In this document: one piece after another, positions 9,812-19,297 of the stretch
Position numbering within the stretch: the first letter of the stretch is position 1
How the letters are laid out: every line of letters begins with the position of its first letter
From: Myxococcales bacterium
GTDB taxonomy: Bacteria > Myxococcota_A > UBA9042
Assembly: GCA_037441385.1 (NCBI GenBank)
Contig: JBBISH010000005.1
Span: 1-64,000, forward strand
Direction: 5' to 3'
Length of the DNA stretch: 64,000 nucleotides
The notes under the pieces: generated by a model
Database searches by the model: none
Told to the model about the DNA's origin: nothing
Seen by the model: the letters and a program-made list of their open reading frames with translations, nothing else
Program-made: the position numbers and the translations under genes

Positions 9812-10779
9812 GGCAACACCTCTGGGCCCTCGTACCAGCCCGACACTACATCCAGAAGCGGCACGCTCGCCAGGGCAGCCCCAAGGCCTTGGCGGACCGC
9901 GAGCGCCAGCGCTTGTGTGCCGGCATCTTGACCCCCCGGTCGGTGTGGATTCAAGGTAATCGCAGACAGCGGCACAGGATTTTGCACCCAGAGCTGCAGG
10001 CCTGCCCGCTCCAGCAATTGCCGCCCGGTGTTGCTCAGCAGGATGCGACTGGGATCTTGGACGACCACATTCCGCAAGCTGGTTGGCCACTTCGCCGCAA
10101 GGCTGTCGGTCAGCGCCCCAGGCACCCTGCTAGCCTCGCCCTCGCCGCCTGGCCAAGTCGGCCGGCTCATCGCCCACAGGGTTGGTGTGGCCGCCTGCAC
10201 GGCCGACGGCGGATCATCGCCCAAGATCGCGCCCAAGCTGACGATCACGCGCTGCGCAACCGCCGGGTGCGCGGCAGCCTGGCGATGGTAGGCGCCATCG
10301 ACCACCACCCGGTCGGCACCGGATCGCTGCAAGGCCTGAACTGCCCTAATCAACTGGCCGCGATGGGCGATGCCCGCCAGCTGAACGGGTTGCGGTCCGC
10401 GCGCCCGGGCCACCACTGTCGGGCCCAGCGAACTGGCCATGCCCAAGTCGGCCACCACCTCGAACGACCGCTGCGCGACCAAGCTGGCTGCCGTGGCCAC
10501 CAAGGTGTCTTTCTCTAGATGGATCCATGGTTTAGGTGTGTCCAGCCAGGCGTCGCGGTCCTCGCCGTCCAGGCCAATCGACACCACCGCCGCCCGCTCG
10601 CCGCGCGCCGACAGGTCCGCTAGTAGAGCGTTCAAGGTCGTGGTTTTCCCCGAGTTCTTGCTGGTGCCGACCAACGCCGCCACCTGCACACCGGGCTGCC
10701 AAACGGCCTGCCCCAAGCGCTGCGCCGCCGCGGGTAAGGGCCGGGGACGCGAATCGGCTATAGCATCAAAAGCATTCAT
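9808..10779 (-). CDS. P-loop NTPase-like protein, resembles KamB-type (lysine 5,6-aminomutase reactivase subunit) family
   Basis: LVGTSKNSGKTTTLN, SIGLDGE..D....PKP.I, VVVDGA..R motifs. Confidence 0.5.
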   Translation of the reverse strand: MNAFDAIADSRPRPLPAAAQRLGQAVWQPGVQVAALVGTSKNSGKTTTLNALLADLSARGERAAVVSIGLDGEDRDAWLDTPKPWIHLEKDTLVATAASLVAQRSFEVVADLGMASSLGPTVVARARGPQPVQLAGIAHRGQLIRAVQALQRSGADRVVVDGAYHRQAAAHPAVAQRVIVSLGAILGDDPPSAVQAATPTLWAMSRPTWPGGEGEASRVPGALTDSLAAKWPTSLRNVVVQDPSRILLSNTGRQLLERAGLQLWVQNPVPLSAITLNPHRPGGQDAGTQALALAVRQGLGAALASVPLLDVVSGWYEGPEVLP

Positions 10780-11048
10780 GGATGTTCTGGCCTGTCGCCA
10801 CCGCCGCCCGACTTGGGACCGGGAATGCTTGGTTCGCTTGGCGTTGCGCTACCCAGATTCACGCGCGACTCGCTGAGACGCCTTGTCCTTTTGCCACTGC
10901 AGTTGCCAAGACGCCCAGAGCTTGAGACGTTTCCCACTGGTGTTCTAGCATGAGGTCTGCGCCTCTGTCTCTCGCAGGAATTGCCTTGTCGCCTTCGCCC
11001 TCCGCCCCCGCCGCTCCCGCTGCCGTTGCCGCCCAGGGCGACGGGGCG

Positions 11049-12857
11049 ATGATTCTCGCCTTTTTGCGCAGTTATGCCTGGCGCTACCGCGGCCAGTACG
11101 CGCTGGGGCTGCTGTTCTTGTTGGCGACCAACTTGCTCACCGTGGGCATCCCGTGGCTGCAGAAGCACGTTTTTGACGAGTTGACCGGTTCGCGCCGCGC
11201 GGACCGCGTGCATTTGTACGCGATCGCCATCGCCGTCGCCGCGCTACTCGTCATCGTGGTGCGCACGCTGAGCCGGGTCCTGTTCTTCAACCCGGGGCGG
11301 ACTATCGAGTTTCGCATCCGCAACGACATGTTGGCACGCCTTTTGCGCATGTCGCCCGCGTTCTTTCGCCGCTGGCCGATCGGCGACCTGATGGCGCGCG
11401 CCAGCGACGACGCAACCTATGTCCGCGCGCTGGTGGGGTTTTCTAGCATCATGGTCCTCAACATCGTGTTGGCGGCTGCCCTGTCGCTGGCGCAGATGCT
11501 GCAGACCGACGCCTGGCTCACGCTGTACTGCGTGCTGCCGCTCTTGCTGGCCGTCTGGTTGCTGCGCACCGGCGTGCGGCTGGCGATGGGCCTGATGCGC
11601 GACACACAGAAGCTGCTGGGCAAGGTCTCCAACGCCGTGCTCGAGAGCTACAAGGGGATCTCGGTCGTGCAGGGCGCCGCCGTCGAGTCCGCGTTCATCC
11701 GCCGTTTCGACGCCGCCAGCGATGCCTTTACCGACTTGAACATCCGCGGCGCCGCGCTGCGCACCTTCTTGATGCCGGTGGTCGGTGCGGTCGGAAACCT
11801 TTGTATTTTCTTGCTGCTGTACGTGGGTGGTCGCCACGTGGCCCAGGGGCAAATGTCGGTCGGCGACCTGGCGGCCTATGCGTCGTACCTGGCGGTGCTG
11901 GTGGGCTCGCTGGCCTCGGCCGGTTGGGTGGTGGGCGTCCTGCAGCGCGGCACGGTGTCGCTGCGGCGAGTTTGGGATGTGCTGGAACTGACTTCGGACT
12001 TGCCCAGCGGCGCGCAACCCCTTGCCGACCGTTCCAGCGGGGTGCACCTGCAGGTGCGCGGGCTCACCTACGCCCATCCGGGCGGCAGCGACCCGATTCT
12101 CCGCGACCTGAACCTGGACCTGCAGCCTGGGACGATCTTGGGCATTTCGGGGCCTGTCGGCTCCGGCAAGTCGACCTTGGTCGCTCTATTGGGTCGGCTT
12201 GCCCCGGCGCCCGAGGGGACGATCACTTGCGACGGTGTGGACTTGCAGAAGATCGCGGATACCGACCTGCGGCGTGCGCTGGCCGTCGTGCCCCAAGATG
12301 CGCTGCTGTTCTCGCGTTCGATTTACGAGAACGTGGGCTTTTTCGATCGCCGCGACCAGATCGATCGCCAACGGGTCGAGCAAGCGGCCGCTGCCGCGCA
12401 GCTGGATGGTGAGATCGCAAGAATGGCAGAGGGTTACCAAACCGTTGTCGGCGAAAAAGGCCTTACCCTTTCGGGCGGTCAGCGTCAGCGCGTCCAGCTT
12501 GCGCGCGCGTTCTACCGCGGTTTCCGGATGCTCATTTTGGACGACGTCCTCAGCGCCGTAGACCACGACACCGAAGAGCGGCTGCTCGGGGTCTTGCGCG
12601 CCCAGATCGCGGCACGGGGCACCACCGCGGTGATCGTTTCGCACCGCCTCTCGGCGCTGGCGCGGGCTGACCACATCGTGATGTTGGGCGACCCTGCAGG
12701 TCCGCAGCGCGGCCGCATCGTCGAGCAGGGCAGCCACGCCGAGCTGCTGGCCCAGGGCGGGATGTACGCGCATTTGTGGTCCGTCCAGCAAGAGCACCAC
12801 GATCAAGATGAACGTGCCGCACCTTCTGGCCAGGCTGCGATCGCCACGGCCGCCTAA
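11049..12857 (+). CDS. ABC exporter, fused permease/ATP-binding protein (MdlA/MsbA-like)
   Basis: N-terminal TM domain, Walker A GPVGSGKST, signature LSGGQRQR, Walker B ILDDVLSAVD, SHRLS. Confidence 0.9.
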   Translation: MILAFLRSYAWRYRGQYALGLLFLLATNLLTVGIPWLQKHVFDELTGSRRADRVHLYAIAIAVAALLVIVVRTLSRVLFFNPGRTIEFRIRNDMLARLLRMSPAFFRRWPIGDLMARASDDATYVRALVGFSSIMVLNIVLAAALSLAQMLQTDAWLTLYCVLPLLLAVWLLRTGVRLAMGLMRDTQKLLGKVSNAVLESYKGISVVQGAAVESAFIRRFDAASDAFTDLNIRGAALRTFLMPVVGAVGNLCIFLLLYVGGRHVAQGQMSVGDLAAYASYLAVLVGSLASAGWVVGVLQRGTVSLRRVWDVLELTSDLPSGAQPLADRSSGVHLQVRGLTYAHPGGSDPILRDLNLDLQPGTILGISGPVGSGKSTLVALLGRLAPAPEGTITCDGVDLQKIADTDLRRALAVVPQDALLFSRSIYENVGFFDRRDQIDRQRVEQAAAAAQLDGEIARMAEGYQTVVGEKGLTLSGGQRQRVQLARAFYRGFRMLILDDVLSAVDHDTEERLLGVLRAQIAARGTTAVIVSHRLSALARADHIVMLGDPAGPQRGRIVEQGSHAELLAQGGMYAHLWSVQQEHHDQDERAAPSGQAAIATAA

Positions 12858-12970
12858 CGCCCAGACCGCCTTTGGCTTGACCCCGGTGCCCGCATGCAGC
12901 GAAAATGCGCGGCGCGTCGCGCCGGTATCAAGTCGCGTCCGCCCCGAACCCACGTCCGTCTGGAGGCTCC

Positions 12971-14554
12971 ATGTCCGAGGCCATCATCCTGCTCGTCGGC
13001 GGCACCAAGGTGCTCGAGCGCGAACTGCAGAACGCCGCCAACCTGCCGCTGATCTCGGTGGCCACGATGGAAGAGGGCGTCAAGATCATGACCGAGAAGC
13101 CCACCGCGGCGATCATCCTTGGTCCCACGTTGCGGCGCGCGCTGGCGATGGTCTCGACCCTGCGCCGCGAAGGCCAGACCGAGCCCAAGCTGATGGTGGT
13201 GTACCGCGACGACCAGCGCGAAGAAGTCAAACGTCACCAGCGCGGCAAGTCGGTGGCCGACAGCTACATCGCGCAGTCGCGCATCCAGCGCGAGGTTGGC
13301 CCTGGGCTCCGCGAGCTGCTGGCGCAAAGCCAGATCACCCAGGTCAACCCTGACGACTTCGCCACGGACAACTCCACGCAGATGCTGGACTTGGCGACCA
13401 TCGAGATCGAGGAAGAGGAGCTGCCGCCCGCGCCGCCGGTCGAGATGGTCGGCGAGCTCGACGAGGCCGCGCTCGAGCCGATCGAAGAGCTGACCGACGA
13501 ATTGACCGACGAATTGACCGAGGAATTGACCGAGGAACTCACCGAAGAGCTGACCGCGGGCGAGATGGTCGAGGAAGTACTGCAAGAAGTCGAAGACGAG
13601 CTCATCGAGGATTTGGAACCCGAAGAAGCGGCCGCAGTCGAAGAGGTCGTTGCCCTGGACGCCGTCGAAGAGTTGACGGATCTGGTGCCGTCGGCCGACG
13701 TCGAGGCCCTGGAAGGCATCGACCTGGTCGAAGAAATCACCGACACCGTCGAACAGATCGCTGACCTAGATGCCATCGAATTCGACGACGAGATGGAACT
13801 GCCCGAGCAGTCGGTGGCCCCGACCACCGCCTCGACGCAAGAGGTGACCGCCATCGCCGCCGGTGTTTTGGAACTGCCCGAGGTGATTGCCGCGCTGGAG
13901 CCCACGCCCGAGCCCGTGGCTGCGCCCGTCGCCGAGCCCGAGCCGAAGCCGGCAGCCCCTGTCGCGGTCGCCGAGCCAGTCGCCTCGGACCCTGTGCCGG
14001 TGGCCGCAGCCCCTGTCGCTGCCGCTCCGGAGCCGGCGCCAGCCGCCGCCCTGCCGGTCGCTGCTCGCGCCGAGCCGGCTCCCGTCGAGGTGCCTCGCCC
14101 GGTGCAACGCGCGCCAAGCGGTGCGCACCATCAGATGTTCTCCGAGCTTGCCGGCTTCATGGAGCGCCTCCAGACCGCCGCCAGCGACATCAGCCGGCTC
14201 GAGTCCGAAAACGGTCAACTGCGCATCGAACTCGGCGAGGCCCAAGCTCAGGTCGCGGCCGCCGCGCGGTCAGCCGCCGCTGCCGGCGAGATCGAGCAAC
14301 TGCAGGGCCAGGTTCGCGATTTGCAGACCCGTTTGGTCGGCTCGGAAGAGGCGCGCAACGCCGCCGTCGAAGCTCGCATGCGCGCCGAGCAGCTGCAGGC
14401 CGGTCAGGCAGAGGAATTGGCCAAGCTGCGCGCTGAGTTGGCTGCTGTCCAGGCCCTGGCCGCCTCGACCGAGGCCCAGCTCGATGCCCGCCGCCGCATC
14501 TCGGCCGACTCGGTCAAGACGCTGCGGGCGATTGCCGCGCTGCTCGAAAGCTAG
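12971..14554 (+). CDS. Pseudo-receiver / acidic linker / coiled-coil protein (FrzS-like architecture)
   Basis: GGAGG RBS; degenerate receiver N-terminus, very acidic middle, Pro/Ala linker, C-terminal coiled coil. Confidence 0.6.
   Translation: MSEAIILLVGGTKVLERELQNAANLPLISVATMEEGVKIMTEKPTAAIILGPTLRRALAMVSTLRREGQTEPKLMVVYRDDQREEVKRHQRGKSVADSYIAQSRIQREVGPGLRELLAQSQITQVNPDDFATDNSTQMLDLATIEIEEEELPPAPPVEMVGELDEAALEPIEELTDELTDELTEELTEELTEELTAGEMVEEVLQEVEDELIEDLEPEEAAAVEEVVALDAVEELTDLVPSADVEALEGIDLVEEITDTVEQIADLDAIEFDDEMELPEQSVAPTTASTQEVTAIAAGVLELPEVIAALEPTPEPVAAPVAEPEPKPAAPVAVAEPVASDPVPVAAAPVAAAPEPAPAAALPVAARAEPAPVEVPRPVQRAPSGAHHQMFSELAGFMERLQTAASDISRLESENGQLRIELGEAQAQVAAAARSAAAAGEIEQLQGQVRDLQTRLVGSEEARNAAVEARMRAEQLQAGQAEELAKLRAELAAVQALAASTEAQLDARRRISADSVKTLRAIAALLES
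13487..13558 (+). repeat. Coding 12-bp tandem repeat (ELTD/ELTE, six units)
   Basis: GA(A/G)(T/C)TNACCGA(C/G/A) units read directly. Confidence 0.8.
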
Positions 14555-14850
14555 GGCACCGATCAGAAACCCAGTCCTGGGGGCAAACGTCGCGGCGGGT
14601 CGCGGCCCTGCTGGGCATCGTGGGGCCAGCTTGCGACCCACTGATACGAACCCCGTCTGATTCACGCCTGTACGGTTCCTCTGACCCGGTCTGCAACCGG
14701 CGAAAATCAGGCGGGGACCCCGGTTCGGGCCCGAAGAATTGCCGAAGCTTTCAAGCCGACTTGGACGGAAACCGTATGAGCGTCAACGAGTTTTCGTGAG
14801 CGAGTGGTCTCGTTGCTCTGAACCTCGGAGATTTGTGATTGGTGTTCTAG
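14551..14850. mobile_element. MITE-like repeat family B (CTAG-flanked, imperfect terminal inverted repeats) carrying a nested family-A element
   Basis: Ends CTAG-GGCACCGATCAGAAA ... TTTGTGATTGGTGTT-CTAG; homologous to 46077-46226. Confidence 0.75.
14645..14776 (+). mobile_element. MITE-like repeat family A, full 132-bp copy with TGA target-site duplication
   Basis: Ends TACGAACCCCGTC ... GACGGAAACCGTA, flanked by TGA (14642-44) and TGA (14777-79); absent from the homologous site at 46.15 kb. Confidence 0.8.
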
Positions 14851-14878
14851 AACACCAGCCCAGCTGGGCATCCTGGAA

Positions 14879-15781
14879 CTACCTGCCGGCCTTGGCCTTC
14901 TTGGCTTTCGCCGCTTCCGGCGCTGCCGGTGGCGGCGCGGCGGGGGCGTCGGTGGGCTCCACCTTGGGCGGTTGCGGCGCCGGGGTTGCGGGCCGACTCG
15001 TGCGCGCCTTCATGAACAACTGACGCGACAGCGTGGTGCCGTGGTGGGTGGTGGTCCCAGTGGGCTGGCCCGGCAGACCCAGCACGGCCACATCTTCGGG
15101 CTGCACCGACTGCAACACCCAGGCCGGCAGCGCTTGCTTGGCGTCGCGGGCGGCGTCGACGCGGTCGTCGTAGGCCAGTTTGGCGCGCACCACCCACCAC
15201 AATCCGCCAGCCACCAGCAGGCCAAGCAGCGTCATCACCAGCATTTGCTTGCGGTTCGACTTCTTGGACTCCAGCCGGAACATGACGCTGAAGTCTTGCA
15301 GCACTTGCTGCATTTGCACGCGCTTCTTGGTGCTTTCGACCGGGTCGGGCAGGGCGAACAACATTTGCCCCGAGCTGAGCTTTTCAAAGCTGGCGCTGGT
15401 CGGACGCTGCCGCGGTGCCGCAAAGAAACTGTCCGCTTCGTCGGGCACGGCGGGTGGCGCGGGCGGCGGCTCCTCTTCGAGGAGCTCCAGATCCGCTTCG
15501 GGCACCACGATTTGCGCCGGGGTGGGCGGGGCGCTTGGCCTCCGGCTGGGGGTAGCGACCGCGGGCTTGGGAGCCGCGTTCGCCCGCACAGCCAGGTCGA
15601 CCGCCGCCATGTCGACCTCGTGGTCGGGATCGATGACCGCCGTCAAGAAGTCGTCGGCACTGCGGGTGACGATGAGCCAGGTTTTGCAGGCTGCGCAACG
15701 CGTTCGCGTGTCGGTCCGTGTGCCGAACGCGCGGCGCGAGAGCTCGAATTCGCCGGCGCAAGCTGGGCAGGTGAACTGCAT
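14879..15781 (-). CDS. Zinc-ribbon (MJ0042-type) domain membrane protein
   Basis: N-terminal CPAC...CAAC, low-complexity linker, single TM (MLVMTLLGLLVAGGLWWVV). Confidence 0.7.
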   Translation of the reverse strand: MQFTCPACAGEFELSRRAFGTRTDTRTRCAACKTWLIVTRSADDFLTAVIDPDHEVDMAAVDLAVRANAAPKPAVATPSRRPSAPPTPAQIVVPEADLELLEEEPPPAPPAVPDEADSFFAAPRQRPTSASFEKLSSGQMLFALPDPVESTKKRVQMQQVLQDFSVMFRLESKKSNRKQMLVMTLLGLLVAGGLWWVVRAKLAYDDRVDAARDAKQALPAWVLQSVQPEDVAVLGLPGQPTGTTTHHGTTLSRQLFMKARTSRPATPAPQPPKVEPTDAPAAPPPAAPEAAKAKKAKAGR

Positions 15782-15888
15782 GAATCACTTCGGGCGACAG
15801 GGCACCCATCGCACAGCATCGCCGGCTGCTCCGGCGCCTGCAAGGCGTTCTTCACAGAAATTCGCAAACAGAGGGAGCGCCGATGGGG

Positions 15889-17712
15889 CTACATCGACTC
15901 CATCGAGCTGTTGTAGAAGCCGTCGAGCACGTCTTTGTACTTGCCCTCGACCACCTTGCGCTTGACCTTCAGGCTTTGGGTCAGCTCGCCGCCTTCCACG
16001 CTCAGATCCTGCGGCAGGACGGCAAAGCGCTTCACGGTGGAGTAGCTGGGCAGCTCGCCGTTGACCTTGTCCAGCGCGCCTTGCACCAGGCTCTGCAGTG
16101 CCGGCGCCTTCAGCAGCTCGCCGTACGAGCCGCTCAGGCCATTTTGACCGGCCCAGACCTTCAAGTCCTCTTCGGGGAAGCCGACCAAGGCCGAGCAGAA
16201 GTTGCGGTTGTTGCCGTGCACCAGCACCGACGCCGACAGCGGCAGGGCCACCTTCAGCTTGGACTCGATGAAGGCGGGCGCCACGTACTTGCCGCCCGAC
16301 GTCTTGATGAGCTCCTTGATGCGGTCGGTGATCTTCAAGAAGCCGTCGCCGTCGACCTCGCCCTTGTCGCCGGTCTTGAGCCAACGGGTACCGTCGGCGT
16401 CGACCACGATGCACTCGGCGGTGGCTTCGGGCATGTGGTGGTAGCCGCGCATGATGCCGCGGCCCGACAGCAGGATTTCGCCTGTCTCGGGGTCGATCTT
16501 GACGCCCGCGCCCGGCACCGGGATGCCCACCGTGCCAAACTTGTACTTGTCGCCGCGGTTGACAAAGGTCGCGGCCGACGACTCCGTCAGGCCGTAACCC
16601 TCCAGAATCAGGATGCCGGCGGCGTGGAAGAACTCGGCGATGTCGCGCGACAGCGGCGCCGAACCCGACACGAAGTAGCGCACGCGGCCGCCGAACAGGG
16701 TCTTGAGCTTGCTGAACACCAGCTTGTCGGCGATCTTGGCCTTGAGCGCCAGCAAGCCCGAGGGCGACTCGCCGCGCTGCACCAGCGACGACACCTGCCG
16801 GCCCACGCCAAAAGCCCACTGGAAGATTCCGTACTTCAAGCCACCGCCGGTCTTGGCGCCGCTGATGACCTTGTTGTAGACCTTCTCGAAAATGCGCGGC
16901 ACCGCGGCGATAAAGGTCGGCTTGACTACCGCGAGGTTGCCGACCAGCTTGTCGATGCGGCCGTCGATGGCCGTGGCAAAGCCGATGCGAATCTGGGCCG
17001 CTTCCAGCACCTTGCCAAACGAGTGCGCGAGCGGCAGCCAGAAGTACTGCAGATCGTCGGTCCGCAGCAGGTTCATGTCGTCAATGGCCTTGCCTTCAAA
17101 GACCCAGCAGTCGTGGGTCAGCTCCTCGCCCTTGGGCTGGCCCGTCGTGCCCGAGGTGTAGATCAAGGTCGCCAGATCTTCTGCCTCCACCTCACGGATG
17201 CCGTTCTCGTAGCCGCCCGCATTCGCCGCGTTCCACTCGTTGCCCTGCTTCTCCAGATCGGCGAACGACACCACAAAGCCGTCGTGACCGCTTTTGCCGT
17301 CCAGCGTCACCACGTAGCGCAGCGACGGCACCTGGTCGCGCACTTGCAGCAGCTTCTGCACCTGCTTGTCGTCCTCGGCGATGCACAGCACCGTCTCCGA
17401 ATCCTTCAGGATATAGGCGCACTCGTCCGGCGTGCTGGCCGGGTAGATGGTGGTGGTGGCGGCGCCCGCGCACATGATGGCCAGGTCGGCCAGCACCCAG
17501 TCCAGGCGCGTGTTGGCCAGGATCGCCACGCGCTCTTGCGACTTCACGCCCAGGGCCCGAAGACCACAGGCAATCCCGCGCACCCGCTCGCCCGTCTGAC
17601 CCCAGCTCAGCTGCTGCCACGTTTCGCCCACCGGGTGCAAGAACGCCAGATCACCCGGATGGTTGGTGACGCGATGCAGGAACGTTTCGGGAAGCGTGCG
17701 GAATTCGGCCAT
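15889..17712 (-). CDS. Long-chain fatty acid--CoA ligase (AMP-dependent synthetase)
   Basis: YTSGTTGQPKG, LPLAHSF, EGYGLTES, WLKTGDKG, ITDRIKELIKTSGGKYVAP, ELTQSLKVKR. Confidence 0.92.
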   Translation of the reverse strand: MAEFRTLPETFLHRVTNHPGDLAFLHPVGETWQQLSWGQTGERVRGIACGLRALGVKSQERVAILANTRLDWVLADLAIMCAGAATTTIYPASTPDECAYILKDSETVLCIAEDDKQVQKLLQVRDQVPSLRYVVTLDGKSGHDGFVVSFADLEKQGNEWNAANAGGYENGIREVEAEDLATLIYTSGTTGQPKGEELTHDCWVFEGKAIDDMNLLRTDDLQYFWLPLAHSFGKVLEAAQIRIGFATAIDGRIDKLVGNLAVVKPTFIAAVPRIFEKVYNKVISGAKTGGGLKYGIFQWAFGVGRQVSSLVQRGESPSGLLALKAKIADKLVFSKLKTLFGGRVRYFVSGSAPLSRDIAEFFHAAGILILEGYGLTESSAATFVNRGDKYKFGTVGIPVPGAGVKIDPETGEILLSGRGIMRGYHHMPEATAECIVVDADGTRWLKTGDKGEVDGDGFLKITDRIKELIKTSGGKYVAPAFIESKLKVALPLSASVLVHGNNRNFCSALVGFPEEDLKVWAGQNGLSGSYGELLKAPALQSLVQGALDKVNGELPSYSTVKRFAVLPQDLSVEGGELTQSLKVKRKVVEGKYKDVLDGFYNSSMESM

Positions 17713-17810
17713 GATCGTTACCTCGATGTTCGCGGCCGGGGCCGGCGAAGCGGTGGACAGGGCTATGGGGGGCTACCTGCGCGGCAATCTACGCCGAATC
17801 GCGGAAATTT

Positions 17811-18581
17811 TCAAAGCTCGAAGCGGCGCGCCATGTCGCCACCCGAGTTGCCGTTGTCCAGGCGTTCGGCGTCGGCGGCGATGTCGAATGGCCGCTCTTG
17901 CGCCGCCTCGCCCTTGGGCGCGGCCTGCCACACCTTGGGCCGGGCGATCAGCTTGGGCGAGAAGTCGGCGCCCGGCACGTCATCGGGGTGGGTGCCCTCG
18001 ACCACATAGGTGCGCCCCAGGCCGTTGTGCACGCTGGTCGCTTCGGGGCCGTACTTCAGGTCCCACGGGTCCTCGACCACCAGGCGCCGCAATTGCGCGC
18101 GCAGACGGCTCACGTAGTCCACCGTCCAAATCTGCACCGGCTCGATCGGCGGCACCTGAGCGCGGCGCGACTCGGCCAAGTCCTCGTTGTCGATCTCGCC
18201 GCCAATGCCCGCCTGGCGTTGCCACGGCATCGGGTCGTTCAAATCGACGGCCATCTCGTAGCGGCCGATGTTGCGCAGATTGAACTGCGGCATGGTGTCG
18301 TGGGCGATGGCATCGGCGGTTTTGTCGTTCAATTCCGAGTCGCGCGCCTCGCGGATCGGCCGCGCGTAGGTCTGCTCGAAGTTGTTGCGCTCGGTCACCC
18401 AACCGCTCAAACGGTCGGGTTGGAAGTCGTGCGCTACCATCACCGCAAACGTGTCTTTGCGGTACAGGTAGTCGAACATCAAAAAGCGTTTCTGGATGCG
18501 GCGATTGCGCTTGTCGAGCCGGCGCGCCAGCGGCCACGCGAGCGGCTGATGGAGCAAGTCCTGGGCGCGCGCTTCCTCCAT
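17811..18581 (-). CDS. Hypothetical protein
   Basis: 256-aa ORF with GC3-rich codons, 12 bp downstream of the DUF2997 gene; no family recognised. Confidence 0.65.
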   Translation of the reverse strand: MEEARAQDLLHQPLAWPLARRLDKRNRRIQKRFLMFDYLYRKDTFAVMVAHDFQPDRLSGWVTERNNFEQTYARPIREARDSELNDKTADAIAHDTMPQFNLRNIGRYEMAVDLNDPMPWQRQAGIGGEIDNEDLAESRRAQVPPIEPVQIWTVDYVSRLRAQLRRLVVEDPWDLKYGPEATSVHNGLGRTYVVEGTHPDDVPGADFSPKLIARPKVWQAAPKGEAAQERPFDIAADAERLDNGNSGGDMARRFEL

Positions 18582-18593
18582 CGCCCGCCTCTG

Positions 18594-18818
18594 CTACGAC
18601 TCGCCGGCCGGCGTGTCGCCTTCACCCGTGCCCACGGCCTGCACGTTCTCGGCCTGCGAGTAGAATTCGCTCGTGTGTGTGCGCTGTTGCACCACACCCA
18701 GCGCCAGCTCGATCTCGCGGGTCAAGCGCTCGCATTCGGCGCCTTTGACGCCCAGCACCTGGATCGACACTTCGCCGTTGTCATCGATGGTGAACTGGAT
18801 TTCCCGACGATTTGCCAT
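18594..18818 (-). CDS. DUF2997 domain protein
   Basis: IQFTIDDNGEVSIQVLGVKGAECERLTREIELALG...TSEFY. Confidence 0.85.
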   Translation of the reverse strand: MANRREIQFTIDDNGEVSIQVLGVKGAECERLTREIELALGVVQQRTHTSEFYSQAENVQAVGTGEGDTPAGES

Positions 18819-18829
18819 GTTGCCCTCCG

Positions 18830-19240
18830 CTAATCGCCCCAGCTCGAGACCTTGATGTGGACCTGCTGCTTCTCGTCGGTCGTCTCTTCTTCCAGTGTGT
18901 AGCCGCGCTTCTGCACTTCCTCTTTGACCGTGTGGTAGGCATAGCGCTGCATGATCTTGCGGTTGAACTCCTCCTGGTTGTACCCAGCAGTCAGTTCAAT
19001 GAATTCCCAGTCCGCCACAAAGCTGACGTTGCCGGTGGTGGCATCCACGTTGACGCCGATGTCATAGGTCTTGCTGGCGTGGATGACCATCTTGGCCTTG
19101 GCTTTTTGCCCCAAGTAGCCTTTGACGTGCAGCAGTTCCTCGGCCTCGGCCTTGCTGAAGGCGAACCCCAACTCCTTCAGCACCAATTCCAGGCGCATCA
19201 GGTTGTTGATCTTGGTCTGCACGGTAGTGAAGTGCGACAT
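18830..19240 (-). CDS. DUF1257 (Ycf35-like) domain protein
   Basis: MSHFTTVQTKI, YDIG, VADW, QRYAYHTV. Confidence 0.88.
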   Translation of the reverse strand: MSHFTTVQTKINNLMRLELVLKELGFAFSKAEAEELLHVKGYLGQKAKAKMVIHASKTYDIGVNVDATTGNVSFVADWEFIELTAGYNQEEFNRKIMQRYAYHTVKEEVQKRGYTLEEETTDEKQQVHIKVSSWGD

Positions 19241-19297
19241 GTGCGGCCAACTCCTGAGTTTCTTAGTCCGGGTGCGGTGCTACGGCCCTAGCGCCGC

